Of a stretch of DNA of 33,607 bases, positions 26,174 to 33,607 are shown piece by piece. Under the pieces are notes generated by a model. The model ran no database searches, had not been told where the DNA came from, and saw nothing but the letters and a program-made list of their open reading frames with translations. Location of the stretch: positions 1 to 33,607 of the IMG/VR virus record IMGVR_UViG_3300027744_000063; one strand, given 5' to 3'. How positions within the stretch are numbered: position 1 is the first letter of the stretch; every line of letters starts with the position of its first letter. Made by a program: the position numbers and the translations under genes. This DNA comes from a virus (lineage: Duplodnaviria > Caudoviricetes).

Positions 26174-26391
26174 GACTGCACCTGTTTTAGTTTAGCCATG
26201 TAGTGTTGTAATTTACCAACGTCATCGCTATCTTCTTTCTTGCCTTGGCGCATTGAGTATTTGATGATGTTGCCCTTGAGAAACCCGATAAATTCTTCAC
26301 GAGTCATGACTGCTTCCATGACTTCCCATGGCTGTACTGCCATAGATACGTAGTGTGTACCGCCTACTTGCATGATGTTTGGGTCTTCCAT
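26161..26391 (-). CDS. DUF3310 family protein (T7 gp1.7-like)
   Basis: QVGGTHY..FLKGNIIKYSMR.GKK..D..K..HY motif. Confidence 0.8.
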   Translation of the reverse strand: MEDPNIMQVGGTHYVSMAVQPWEVMEAVMTREEFIGFLKGNIIKYSMRQGKKEDSDDVGKLQHYMAKLKQVQSWEF

Positions 26392-26407
26392 GACTTGTCC
26401 TGTGTGG

Positions 26408-26587
26408 TTATTTAAGATTTCTAACTGTTACTTTTTTTGCCCAGCATGAGGCGCAATACCATTTGCTTTGGCTCATTTGTATGCCGCCTTCGGGCGGTCT
26501 TTTCTCTTCGCATTTATTACAAAGTTGTAATTGATGGATTGGTTGTCTACTTCCAATATCAAGCTGTCGTTTCACAAAGCCGTTCAC
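26408..26587 (-). CDS. Small zinc-ribbon-like protein (59 aa)
   Basis: AAGGAG SD before GTG 26587. CNKC..CASC pairs. Confidence 0.65.
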   Translation of the reverse strand: MNGFVKRQLDIGSRQPIHQLQLCNKCEEKRPPEGGIQMSQSKWYCASCWAKKVTVRNLK

Positions 26588-26834
26588 GCGATCTCCTTCC
26601 AGTGTTCTCAGGTTTGGGACAGTTCTCGGGTACGTCAACGACAACCCAAATAGCTGCCAACGTATTTCGATAGCTTGCTTTCTCCCATCGATCGATGTAC
26701 ACACCAAACACACTCTCCAATGATTTGTTGACAGAACGATTGTCTATGCCAGTGAGCTTAGATATATCGCTTGACTTCAAACCATCGGGGTGTCGTTTGA
26801 GTAGCTCACGAATAATGTTGTGGTTACTTTTCAA
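26559..26834 (-). CDS. Winged-HTH-like DNA-binding protein
   Basis: IIRELLKRHPDGLKSSDISKLTGIDNRSVNKSL HTH pattern. Start codon uncertain. Confidence 0.6.
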   Translation of the reverse strand: MKSNHNIIRELLKRHPDGLKSSDISKLTGIDNRSVNKSLESVFGVYIDRWEKASYRNTLAAIWVVVDVPENCPKPENTGRRSRERLCETTA

Positions 26835-27024
26835 TCTTCATGTCCCTGACATATCGCGCAAAGCTGTCGGCTGTATCACCAAACGCAATGCGCATGGCAT
26901 CGAACTCTCGAGCAACTTCTTCCAGTACATCGTTGCGTTGTACAACATCGACAGTATCAAACTTGTCTCTGTCATCGTGGCAAGCACAGCCACGTTCCCA
27001 ACATGCTCTGTCTATTAGTGTCAT
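26824..27024 (-). CDS. Hypothetical protein
   Basis: AGGAG SD. ATGA-coupled to the upstream gene. Confidence 0.65.
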   Translation of the reverse strand: MTLIDRACWERGCACHDDRDKFDTVDVVQRNDVLEEVAREFDAMRIAFGDTADSFARYVRDMKIEK

Positions 27025-27188
27025 GTGTTCTTCTCCTGTATAGCACGTTCGACGGCTCTACCAAACTCCTCGACATTGCCAAACTTTTCTGAGTTGGTAT
27101 CCCACAAGTGGTAAATCTCTTCTTTGGTTAGGCTGATCCATTCACGTTCTTTGCGTATATTAAACAGAAAAGAAAATATATTGTTCAT
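27021..27188 (-). CDS. Hypothetical protein (55 aa; REWISLTKEEI..FGRAVERAIQEKN)
   Basis: GAGGA SD. ATGA overlaps at both ends. Not in the ORF track. Confidence 0.65.
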   Translation of the reverse strand: MNNIFSFLFNIRKEREWISLTKEEIYHLWDTNSEKFGNVEEFGRAVERAIQEKNT

Positions 27189-27280
27189 ACTGGTGCGTCC
27201 TCATGGTTATCAGGGTTGAACTTGGGCACTCGGTTGCCCTTGTCTTTTGGATTGGGGAATGGCGGAAATGGCCATACCAC
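27185..27280 (-). CDS. Hypothetical micro-protein (31 aa; MVWPFPPFPNPKDK..)
   Basis: GTG start 1 nt after the upstream stop. ATGA overlap downstream. Fills the gap exactly. Confidence 0.55.
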   Translation of the reverse strand: MVWPFPPFPNPKDKGNRVPKFNPDNHEDAPV

Positions 27281-27281
27281 G

Positions 27282-27791
27282 TTATGCCCCAAAGATTTTC
27301 TTAAGTTCATCGTACACGCTACGCGCTTGAACAATAGACATACTTGCCAATAGTTCTTGTGCTGATTGTGTGTTCACGCCACTAATATAAATCGTTTGCG
27401 CAGGAGATGCTGTCACCTTTGCGACTGACTTTTGCGGCTTGGGCAATACATCTTTGCTTGGCTTCTTAGCCTTAGTCGCTTTGAGCGGTGAATAACTGTC
27501 TTGTGTTACAAACAAACCATGGTTAGCGCTACGCACCATGCCTTGCCTAATGAACTGTGTTGCCAATGAAATAGTAGAGCTTTTCTTAAAGCCTTTCTTC
27601 TCCATTGCTGCGCCCATTGCTGAGCGTGTCACACCGGGATGTTCTTTGATGTAGTTGAATGTTTCTCGACTTACATTGTTGGTTGGTTTGAATGCATGAG
27701 GTAGCATATTTCTTCCGTTTGGTTGAGTCTTTCCTTCGTCGTCAAACGAAAGGTTTTCTAATTTCTTAAGTTCTAATTGAAGTGTAGGCAC
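27282..27791 (-). CDS. Hypothetical HTH-like DNA-binding protein
   Basis: AAGGAG SD before GTG 27791. TFNYIKEHPGVTR..SSTISLATQFIRQG is winged-helix-like. Basic. Confidence 0.6.
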   Translation of the reverse strand: MPTLQLELKKLENLSFDDEGKTQPNGRNMLPHAFKPTNNVSRETFNYIKEHPGVTRSAMGAAMEKKGFKKSSTISLATQFIRQGMVRSANHGLFVTQDSYSPLKATKAKKPSKDVLPKPQKSVAKVTASPAQTIYISGVNTQSAQELLASMSIVQARSVYDELKKIFGA

Positions 27792-27820
27792 TTGGTTGCT
27801 CCTTGGTTGATGAGTGCTGA

Positions 27821-28012
27821 TTACTTGATACGCCATAAATTGTTTGGAGGGTCATACTCCAACACCTTCTCAGGTGGTGGCGGTGTCATAGATTCAGAGG
27901 GCGGAACCCATCCAAACCTACGCCATACTGCTTGCACGTCGCCATGTGAAGTCCATTTGTAATCGGGATGCCCGACTGGAATGGATGGATACGCTTTCGA
28001 CATTACTTTCAT
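27821..28012 (-). CDS. Hypothetical protein (Pro/Trp-rich)
   Basis: ATGA overlap with the upstream gene. DVQAVWRRFGWVPPSE. Confidence 0.6.
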   Translation of the reverse strand: MKVMSKAYPSIPVGHPDYKWTSHGDVQAVWRRFGWVPPSESMTPPPPEKVLEYDPPNNLWRIK

Positions 28013-28677
28013 ATTGCCCCCGCAAGTCTCGCAGCGATGGCGGCTGCGGTTAGTTCATCGGTTGCCATCTCTTCCACAATCTTCTTACGCTCAGTAAAGC
28101 GCTCGACCTTACGATCTAAACGCTCTAAGTCATCTCGATTGACATACAGCCGTACAGTGGGAAACAGTCTAACTGCTTCGTTAAGTGTCTTACACTTGCC
28201 AAGGAACTCAAGAATGTCGCTCTCTACTTTCTTCCATTTGGCATCGAGTACAACAACTTGCTTGTTCTCCTCCCATGCTTGAAGCGCCTCGGCTCTGCCC
28301 AGTACCGTATCAGGCAATGCCACTAAGTCATCATAAGTGATCTCAGATTCTGACTTCATGTAGTAACTATCACGAGGGCGTTTATACGCATTGACACCAG
28401 TGAACCTAATGGTGCATGCAGTCTTCTTACCTTCATCAGTCTCACCCTTGATAACGATCTGCACATCGTCAATCTTACCTAACCAATCCTTAGGTATCTC
28501 ATGCACAAGGTGCATATGATCCTTACCCCAGCATCCGAAATGATACAAGTAGTGAGCATCTAACTGTTGTGGCTTGTTGAGGTGCGGTAGCTCAGCTTCT
28601 AATTCTTTGTGATGCATCTTGCGAATGCGAGATTCAACTCGCTCTTTGAACTCTTTTGTAATGTTTACTGTAGCCAT
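28009..28677 (-). CDS. Hypothetical protein, possibly Nmad5-like
   Basis: GGAG SD. C-terminal L..CKTLNEAVRLFP resembles the Nmad5 end motif from memory. Tentative. Confidence 0.55.
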   Translation of the reverse strand: MATVNITKEFKERVESRIRKMHHKELEAELPHLNKPQQLDAHYLYHFGCWGKDHMHLVHEIPKDWLGKIDDVQIVIKGETDEGKKTACTIRFTGVNAYKRPRDSYYMKSESEITYDDLVALPDTVLGRAEALQAWEENKQVVVLDAKWKKVESDILEFLGKCKTLNEAVRLFPTVRLYVNRDDLERLDRKVERFTERKKIVEEMATDELTAAAIAARLAGAI

Positions 28678-28694
28678 AATAATCTCCGTGGTTG

Positions 28695-28716
28695 AAAAGA
28701 ATGGGGCTTGCGCCCC
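28695..28716 (-). terminator. GNRA-tetraloop hairpin, terminator-like
   Basis: - strand reads GGGGC-GCAA-GCCCC followed by ATTCTTTT. Confidence 0.6.
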
Positions 28717-28720
28717 TTGG

Positions 28721-28873
28721 TTAATCGTTGCTCTCTGATACGAAAGCCTCTATTGATTTTCTAAGTGCATCACGTTCTTGTTGTGATGCACCTGCATCGA
28801 GGGCGTCGTAGCATAGCTTCAGAATGTTTTGATACGAGTCAAGCAAACTGTTCAGTTGATCCATTGCGTCCAT
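28721..28873 (-). CDS. Hypothetical protein (50 aa; MDAMDQLNSLLDSYQNILKLCYDAL..)
   Basis: GGAG SD. Fills the gap between the vWA gene and the hairpin. Not in the ORF track. Confidence 0.65.
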   Translation of the reverse strand: MDAMDQLNSLLDSYQNILKLCYDALDAGASQQERDALRKSIEAFVSESND

Positions 28874-28875
28874 AA

Positions 28876-29982
28876 TTACTCCAGTGAAAAATGGATATTT
28901 TCACCGTAAGGAGCGTTAATGTCACTAGAAATACACCACAAAACAGGGTAGTTAGGTGCTTTATCTACATTAAAGTCTGTGTAACCATCTGTCAGACAGA
29001 CAAATACCTCGGGCTCAATGCCCTCCTTGGCAAGGAACTCGAAGCCTGCTTCCATGTCAGTGCCTCCGCCTGAGTAGAACTCTAGTGCTACTTCCTCGCC
29101 TTGCTCGAATACTTCATGCTTGCATACACCAGTGTCAACATACAAGACGTGTACTCGCTCGGGGTTGCACTGCGCAATGATGCGAGCCATGTGACCGTTG
29201 TAATAAGCCAACTCTGTCTTACTAATAGAGCCTGATACGTCAACTTGGATGACAACCTCGCCCATCTCAGCTACCTTGCCTGCGCTTGGGAGATACGCAA
29301 TGTCAGCGAACCTGCGGTTAGGGCGTGACCATGAATAGTCTCCACGTACATAGCTTGTCATGTAACGCTCGAGAATCTCGTGCCATGGTGTTCCGGGATC
29401 GATGAGGTCTGCAATGATCTTAGCCAATGCAGGGGGCATCTTGCCTTGAGCCTTAGCTGCCTGTGCTGCTTGTGCAATCTCGACACGAGTCTCAGCATCG
29501 ATGCGCGTAGCTTCTTCTGGGGTCAGTGGTGAGCCACGCTCAATGATGTCGTCGCCTGTACCTCCGGGCCCATCACCATTAGGATCATCGGGGAGCTTGT
29601 TGTAAATCTCATCGACTGTCTCATCCTTAGAGCCATCCATCTGTACGCATCCCTTGATGGGTGTGCCAATGTCTGCTGCCTTGAGCATGTCATTGATCCA
29701 AGCATCGCCTGCAATGTTCCACTTCTTAGGAGTGCGTGCACCTCGACGAGTCGCATGCTGACCGATCACATGGCCGATCTCGTGTGCTAGTACGAACACA
29801 ACCTCTTCAACAGATAGTGTGTTGAACCATGTAGGGTTGATGTAGATTTGATTGCGCTGATCTACTGCTGCTGTTGGGATAGTCTCATCCTCGATGAGCT
29901 GGCGCTTCATAAGGATAGAGGCAAAGAAAGGATGCTGTGTTACGAGCGATACCTTTGCCTTGTCTAGGGTAGTTACTTTCAT
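28876..29982 (-). CDS. DUF2201-type metallopeptidase plus vWA domain protein
   Basis: HEIGH zincin motif, WNIAGDAWIN, WSRPNRR, MIDAS DVSGS, GGGTD and LTDG. Confidence 0.88.
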   Translation of the reverse strand: MKVTTLDKAKVSLVTQHPFFASILMKRQLIEDETIPTAAVDQRNQIYINPTWFNTLSVEEVVFVLAHEIGHVIGQHATRRGARTPKKWNIAGDAWINDMLKAADIGTPIKGCVQMDGSKDETVDEIYNKLPDDPNGDGPGGTGDDIIERGSPLTPEEATRIDAETRVEIAQAAQAAKAQGKMPPALAKIIADLIDPGTPWHEILERYMTSYVRGDYSWSRPNRRFADIAYLPSAGKVAEMGEVVIQVDVSGSISKTELAYYNGHMARIIAQCNPERVHVLYVDTGVCKHEVFEQGEEVALEFYSGGGTDMEAGFEFLAKEGIEPEVFVCLTDGYTDFNVDKAPNYPVLWCISSDINAPYGENIHFSLE

Positions 29983-29984
29983 GA

Positions 29985-30536
29985 TTACTCCTTGATGTTG
30001 TACTGGTTGATAACGATTGGGATACCTGCGTCAAGCATTGCTGCTACTTGATTAGCTTTCTCTAACTCTTCGGGGGTGCGCGTTTCTAAAATAAGCGCTT
30101 GCAACTTCTTCTGAAACATACTGCTGTGCGTTCTTACATCAGCATCTATACCCATTCTGATTTTCTTGATGCTACCTTCGGCATTGTCTTTATCCCATCG
30201 CCCGCCGTTGTGATGGTCGCCGTCTAGCAAGTAAGCTGCAAGGTCTGCTTGAATTAACTCAACAAACTTCTCGCGGTATTCGACGGGCACAGTCGGTACA
30301 CGAACACCGTACCAACTATTGTCTGAATATCGCAAATCGAACTGCTTACACAGATACTTAGCAAGACGCGATGCGTGCGATGAATAGCCACCAGTAATCA
30401 CACCGCTTTCTATTTGCCGTTGAATAGACTTACGCAAACGATTTGTAATCTGCGTTGGGTCGAACTTGATCTCTGCTGATACACCTGCAGTTGTTAGCAT
30501 CCTAGATGCTTGATAGAGCGTTGGTCGCATTGTCAT
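29985..30536 (-). CDS. Hypothetical protein
   Basis: AAGGA SD. Tiles the operon. Confidence 0.7.
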   Translation of the reverse strand: MTMRPTLYQASRMLTTAGVSAEIKFDPTQITNRLRKSIQRQIESGVITGGYSSHASRLAKYLCKQFDLRYSDNSWYGVRVPTVPVEYREKFVELIQADLAAYLLDGDHHNGGRWDKDNAEGSIKKIRMGIDADVRTHSSMFQKKLQALILETRTPEELEKANQVAAMLDAGIPIVINQYNIKE

Positions 30537-30545
30537 AACCTTTCC

Positions 30546-31421
30546 TTAGATGTTAAATGCCGCCATGCGAGCGGCTACTGCTTCGAGCTTAGCTTTGGCG
30601 TCGTGCCTAGCATTGGCTGAACCTTTGATGACTTCGACTGTATTGAGACAGCCAGTCGCTGTTGCTTTGAGAATGTTGATCTCATCGATTAACTCTTGCG
30701 TTGGATTGATTGCCAACTTAAGCGCTACGTCACAACCTTCAATGACGTTCTCGACAAGACTATTGTGGAAGCGTTCACCCTTCTGACCCTGATACTCCTG
30801 CAAGCGCTGAGTGAGTGCTGACAGTGGCTTGAGCATACGAGCGATGGTGTCCATGTTCATAGCTTCTGCTGCTTCTTGCTCTGACTGCTCGAACGACTTC
30901 AAGTCCTCCTCACTTAAGTCAAACAGGAAGTGCCTTGAGTCAGGCATGGGCTGAAACTTAATGTCGATAGACATAGACTGATCGAACTGGGATGCCGTTG
31001 GATAGTCATCCACATGAGCCCTACCTGCCGCGTGTCCACTGTTACGATACGCTACATCTTCAAGCACTAGCTGATCGTAGTGTGGCATGTAGTTGCGCTT
31101 GAGATTCTCCATCATGGCAATGCGATGCTTAGTCTCTTGCGTGTACTCAAAGTACAGATCGTTAGGTAGGATACGTGGGCCTGCATCCACATAGGGAAGC
31201 GTGTGCTTCTTGTGATACGCATACACCTCTGTGTACTTAGACATGATCTGCGCAATCGGATTGTCCTTAGACTTGAACAACTTAGTCAGCACAGTGAGCG
31301 ATGTATCACCCTCTTGCCGTTGTATCTTGTCTGATAGATATGCATCACGTTTAGTCAGTGAAGCACGACGCATTGTTAGCTTGACAAGTATTACCTTATC
31401 TGCCAGTTTGGTTGGTTGCAT
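30546..31421 (-). CDS. Conserved hypothetical protein of the MoxR/vWA module (DUF3150-like, tentative)
   Basis: HTLPYVDAGPRILP and DDYPT motifs with a helical C-terminus. Lies between the AAA and vWA genes. Confidence 0.6.
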   Translation of the reverse strand: MQPTKLADKVILVKLTMRRASLTKRDAYLSDKIQRQEGDTSLTVLTKLFKSKDNPIAQIMSKYTEVYAYHKKHTLPYVDAGPRILPNDLYFEYTQETKHRIAMMENLKRNYMPHYDQLVLEDVAYRNSGHAAGRAHVDDYPTASQFDQSMSIDIKFQPMPDSRHFLFDLSEEDLKSFEQSEQEAAEAMNMDTIARMLKPLSALTQRLQEYQGQKGERFHNSLVENVIEGCDVALKLAINPTQELIDEINILKATATGCLNTVEVIKGSANARHDAKAKLEAVAARMAAFNI

Positions 31422-31430
31422 ATAGGTCTT

Positions 31431-31664
31431 TCATTGGTTGAGAAGAACGACTGCTTGAGCCCAGTCTTTGGCTTGTTGCTCTGTATCGAACATATTTAAT
31501 TCGCTTGTCCCGACAATTCGGGCTTTCCAAAACTTCTTGTACCCTTGAGCTGTGCTGTACGCACAAGCGACCCACGCCATACGCTGTGGCGTTTTATCAT
31601 TAGGGTCTTGCTTGTACAAAAGTGTTGCTGTGTAGTTGCTGTCTTGCATCCACACATATGTCAC
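31431..31664 (-). CDS. Hypothetical protein
   Basis: GAGGT SD. GTGA overlap with the ATPase stop. Confidence 0.6.
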   Translation of the reverse strand: MTYVWMQDSNYTATLLYKQDPNDKTPQRMAWVACAYSTAQGYKKFWKARIVGTSELNMFDTEQQAKDWAQAVVLLNQ

Positions 31665-32659
31665 ATCAGCACCTCAGCATTTTTGCTAGCCCACTCTACG
31701 AATGAACGTGTTGACTTAATCGCTGGGCACAACTTGATTGCATCCTTAGTTGCCATCACATTGAACTCGGGGCTCATGCGTGACAGATACTTGGATACAC
31801 GATCGAAGTTGTCTTTGGTAGACTTGCGAGCCAATGCACCAGTCAGTGCATACAGAGTCGCTGGGTCAGCAGGTAAGTCAGCACCAGCAGGATCAAGCAA
31901 GATACTCTCGATGTTAGGCAGTGCTAAGTAGATACGTCTAAAGCCTGTGTACTCAGCAGCAGCGCCTTCACCCACCTCACCGGCACAGTTGTCGAAGAAC
32001 AGTGCGTTCTCTAACGATGCAGGGATCATGTTGACACGCTCCCACGATCTAGGCGTAGGGTTGGCGAATCGGTTGGGATCGAAGTCAGACAACAACGCAG
32101 GTCTGAACCTAATGAACTGAATCAATACAGGATCAATGTCATTGTCTAGCGCCCACTCAGTCCAGTCGTCGACATTCTCTTGGAAGTCAAAGCGTCTAGT
32201 ACGATTCGCTAGCTTAGACGTGATGCGATTAGCACCTGACTTGTCCTCGGTACGATTGCCTGTGGCGATCATGTACAACTGATCTGATAGATTAAGCTGA
32301 CCCGCACGAAAGTCATAGACTACACCGCACAGGGCATTCTGCATGGGCACTGGGGCATCTGATAACTCTTCCAAGATCAGACCTACACGACCAACGCCTT
32401 GACGCAACATGTAGAACTCTTCAGGCGGAACCCAACGGGTGTACGCACCTGTGTTGTTAGGTGTGCCAAGCACATCGACTGGATCACGGAGTGACGCAGT
32501 GAACTCCACGACATGATCGAGATTGAGCTCTTTCATGATCTCGCGGGCACAAGCTGACTTGCCACCTCCAGGCGCACCGAGTATGAACGGCACGATCTTG
32601 TTGCCATTGGGCGCTTTGAACTGTTCTAGGATTGATGTTTTGATATTGCTATAACGCAT
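31661..32659 (-). CDS. MoxR-like AAA+ ATPase
   Basis: AAGGA SD before ATG 32659. Walker A GAPGGGKS, Walker B LILEE, ATGNR, Arg finger LANR, PTPRSW. Confidence 0.88.
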   Translation of the reverse strand: MRYSNIKTSILEQFKAPNGNKIVPFILGAPGGGKSACAREIMKELNLDHVVEFTASLRDPVDVLGTPNNTGAYTRWVPPEEFYMLRQGVGRVGLILEELSDAPVPMQNALCGVVYDFRAGQLNLSDQLYMIATGNRTEDKSGANRITSKLANRTRRFDFQENVDDWTEWALDNDIDPVLIQFIRFRPALLSDFDPNRFANPTPRSWERVNMIPASLENALFFDNCAGEVGEGAAAEYTGFRRIYLALPNIESILLDPAGADLPADPATLYALTGALARKSTKDNFDRVSKYLSRMSPEFNVMATKDAIKLCPAIKSTRSFVEWASKNAEVLM

Positions 32660-32775
32660 GATTTTCCTTGTGGTTGAAAAGGTTTTCGCGTACTCGATGC
32701 TTGCCCCAATGCGTGTACGCATTAACGATTGGGTAGCCAGTGAATTCTAAATTGTGTGTATGTACAGCCCTGTCA

Positions 32776-33069
32776 CTAGTGCGACAGCTTCTTGGCTATG
32801 AGTGCTGCAATGGCGAACCTTTCAGCGCATTCCATTGCATCTTCTTTGGTATCGAACTGACACCGCTCGATTGGGTGTGCTCCGCTATACACTGAGCCAT
32901 AGAATCTAACCATGAACTTGTCACCTACCTTGCATACATAACCTATGTCACGCAAGTCGCCATCGTGATAAGTCCCATCGAATAGTCTTAACGCTATGTT
33001 GACGGGTGTTTCAAGCGAGCCTGTCCAAAAGTTATTGGCCTTGGGCTTCCATATAACTTTCGTTTTCAT
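32776..33069 (-). CDS. Hypothetical protein
   Basis: GAGGT SD. ATGA overlap. Confidence 0.65.
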   Translation of the reverse strand: MKTKVIWKPKANNFWTGSLETPVNIALRLFDGTYHDGDLRDIGYVCKVGDKFMVRFYGSVYSGAHPIERCQFDTKEDAMECAERFAIAALIAKKLSH

Positions 33070-33242
33070 TTGATGACCTCTATCTTGTATGTCCTGTCAT
33101 CTTCATTGACCTCGATGCGTACAGCGCCTACACCGATTGCTAACATTACACCTTTGTAATGATCTCCACGCCTGACCGCATTGCGATATGCCCACAGTAG
33201 TACGACTACTGCGATTGATAAGACTATTTCTAATTCAGTCAT
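33066..33242 (-). CDS. Small membrane-anchored hypothetical protein
   Basis: GGAG SD before ATG 33242. N-terminal hydrophobic IVLSIAVVVLLWAY. Confidence 0.6.
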   Translation of the reverse strand: MTELEIVLSIAVVVLLWAYRNAVRRGDHYKGVMLAIGVGAVRIEVNEDDRTYKIEVIK

Positions 33243-33328
33243 TAGGGTCTCCATACAAGTACGTCTAACATGACGATGATGATTCCTGCAAGGAATACTA
33301 TACGCTCTGTCTTTTCCCATTTAGTCAT
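33242..33328 (-). CDS. 28-aa single-TM micro-protein MTKWEKTERIVFLAGIIIVMLDVLVWRP
   Basis: GGAGG SD. ATGA overlap upstream and TAATG overlap downstream. Not in the ORF track. Confidence 0.6.
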   Translation of the reverse strand: MTKWEKTERIVFLAGIIIVMLDVLVWRP

Positions 33329-33582
33329 TTGAACCCCTCCAGTTGGTTGGCTATTTCTGCAAACTTAGCAGCATCGCTTAACTCTTTAATGCCTTGGTTG
33401 CGTTGCTCTTCAAGGCGGTTGAACTCTGCTTCCTCAGGTGCTGCTTGGCGTAACTCAAACAAACGCCACTCTTCGTATGAGTAGGGGAAGCGTTGCATCG
33501 TCTTGCGAAACAAGACTGCGTTACATACAGGACACCATGGGCTATACGACCTACAAGGTTTCTCTTTGTTGATGTACCACAT
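33325..33582 (-). CDS. Hypothetical protein with Cys motif (C..CPVC)
   Basis: Coupled to the downstream gene. Start may be uncertain near the window edge. Confidence 0.55.
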   Translation of the reverse strand: MWYINKEKPCRSYSPWCPVCNAVLFRKTMQRFPYSYEEWRLFELRQAAPEEAEFNRLEEQRNQGIKELSDAAKFAEIANQLEGFK

Positions 33583-33607
33583 CTTGTCGGATACATCGAG
33601 CCACGAT

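Larger units (their letters stand above)
1..33607. mobile_element. Tailed dsDNA phage genome segment (podovirus-like morphogenesis arm plus PolA replication/early arm)
   Basis: Dense, overlapping genes in two convergent blocks. Tail, ejection, primase, SSB, helicase, VRR-NUC and PolA genes are present. No cellular housekeeping genes. Confidence 0.95.

Noticed and set aside
1-33607. tRNA/rRNA genes, integrase, lysis cassette, alternative genetic code
   Set aside because: None recognised by eye. Genes tile fully under the standard code and all three stop codons are used.

Overview
The window is a contiguous piece of a tailed dsDNA phage genome (roughly 45-48% GC by eye, probably podovirus-like) with no host genes. 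The left arm (+ strand, 1-16.5 kb) is late morphogenesis: a 5'-truncated tail stabilization-type protein, a tail-tip/fibre protein with a DUF1983-like region, a small fibre-associated protein, a GNAT-like protein, two putative ejection proteins, a 2946-aa polyvalent ejection protein and four small basic proteins. The right arm (- strand, 16.6-33.6 kb) is replication and early genes: DUF927-type primase-helicase, SSB-like protein, SNF2 helicase, HNH-like protein, VRR-NUC, PD-(D/E)XK nuclease, family A polymerase, many small ORFs and a MoxR AAA+ / vWA-metallopeptidase module. The arms converge on a hairpin at ~16.51 kb. The strongest findings are (i) two apparent overprinted genes with their own Shine-Dalgarno sites in the +1 frame inside the giant gene, (ii) L,D-transpeptidase-like, zincin-like, split ART-like and HTH modules in that protein, and (iii) a recurrent (TTT)CAACCAC motif just upstream of many ribosome-binding sites. 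All family assignments are from motif recognition, not database searches.
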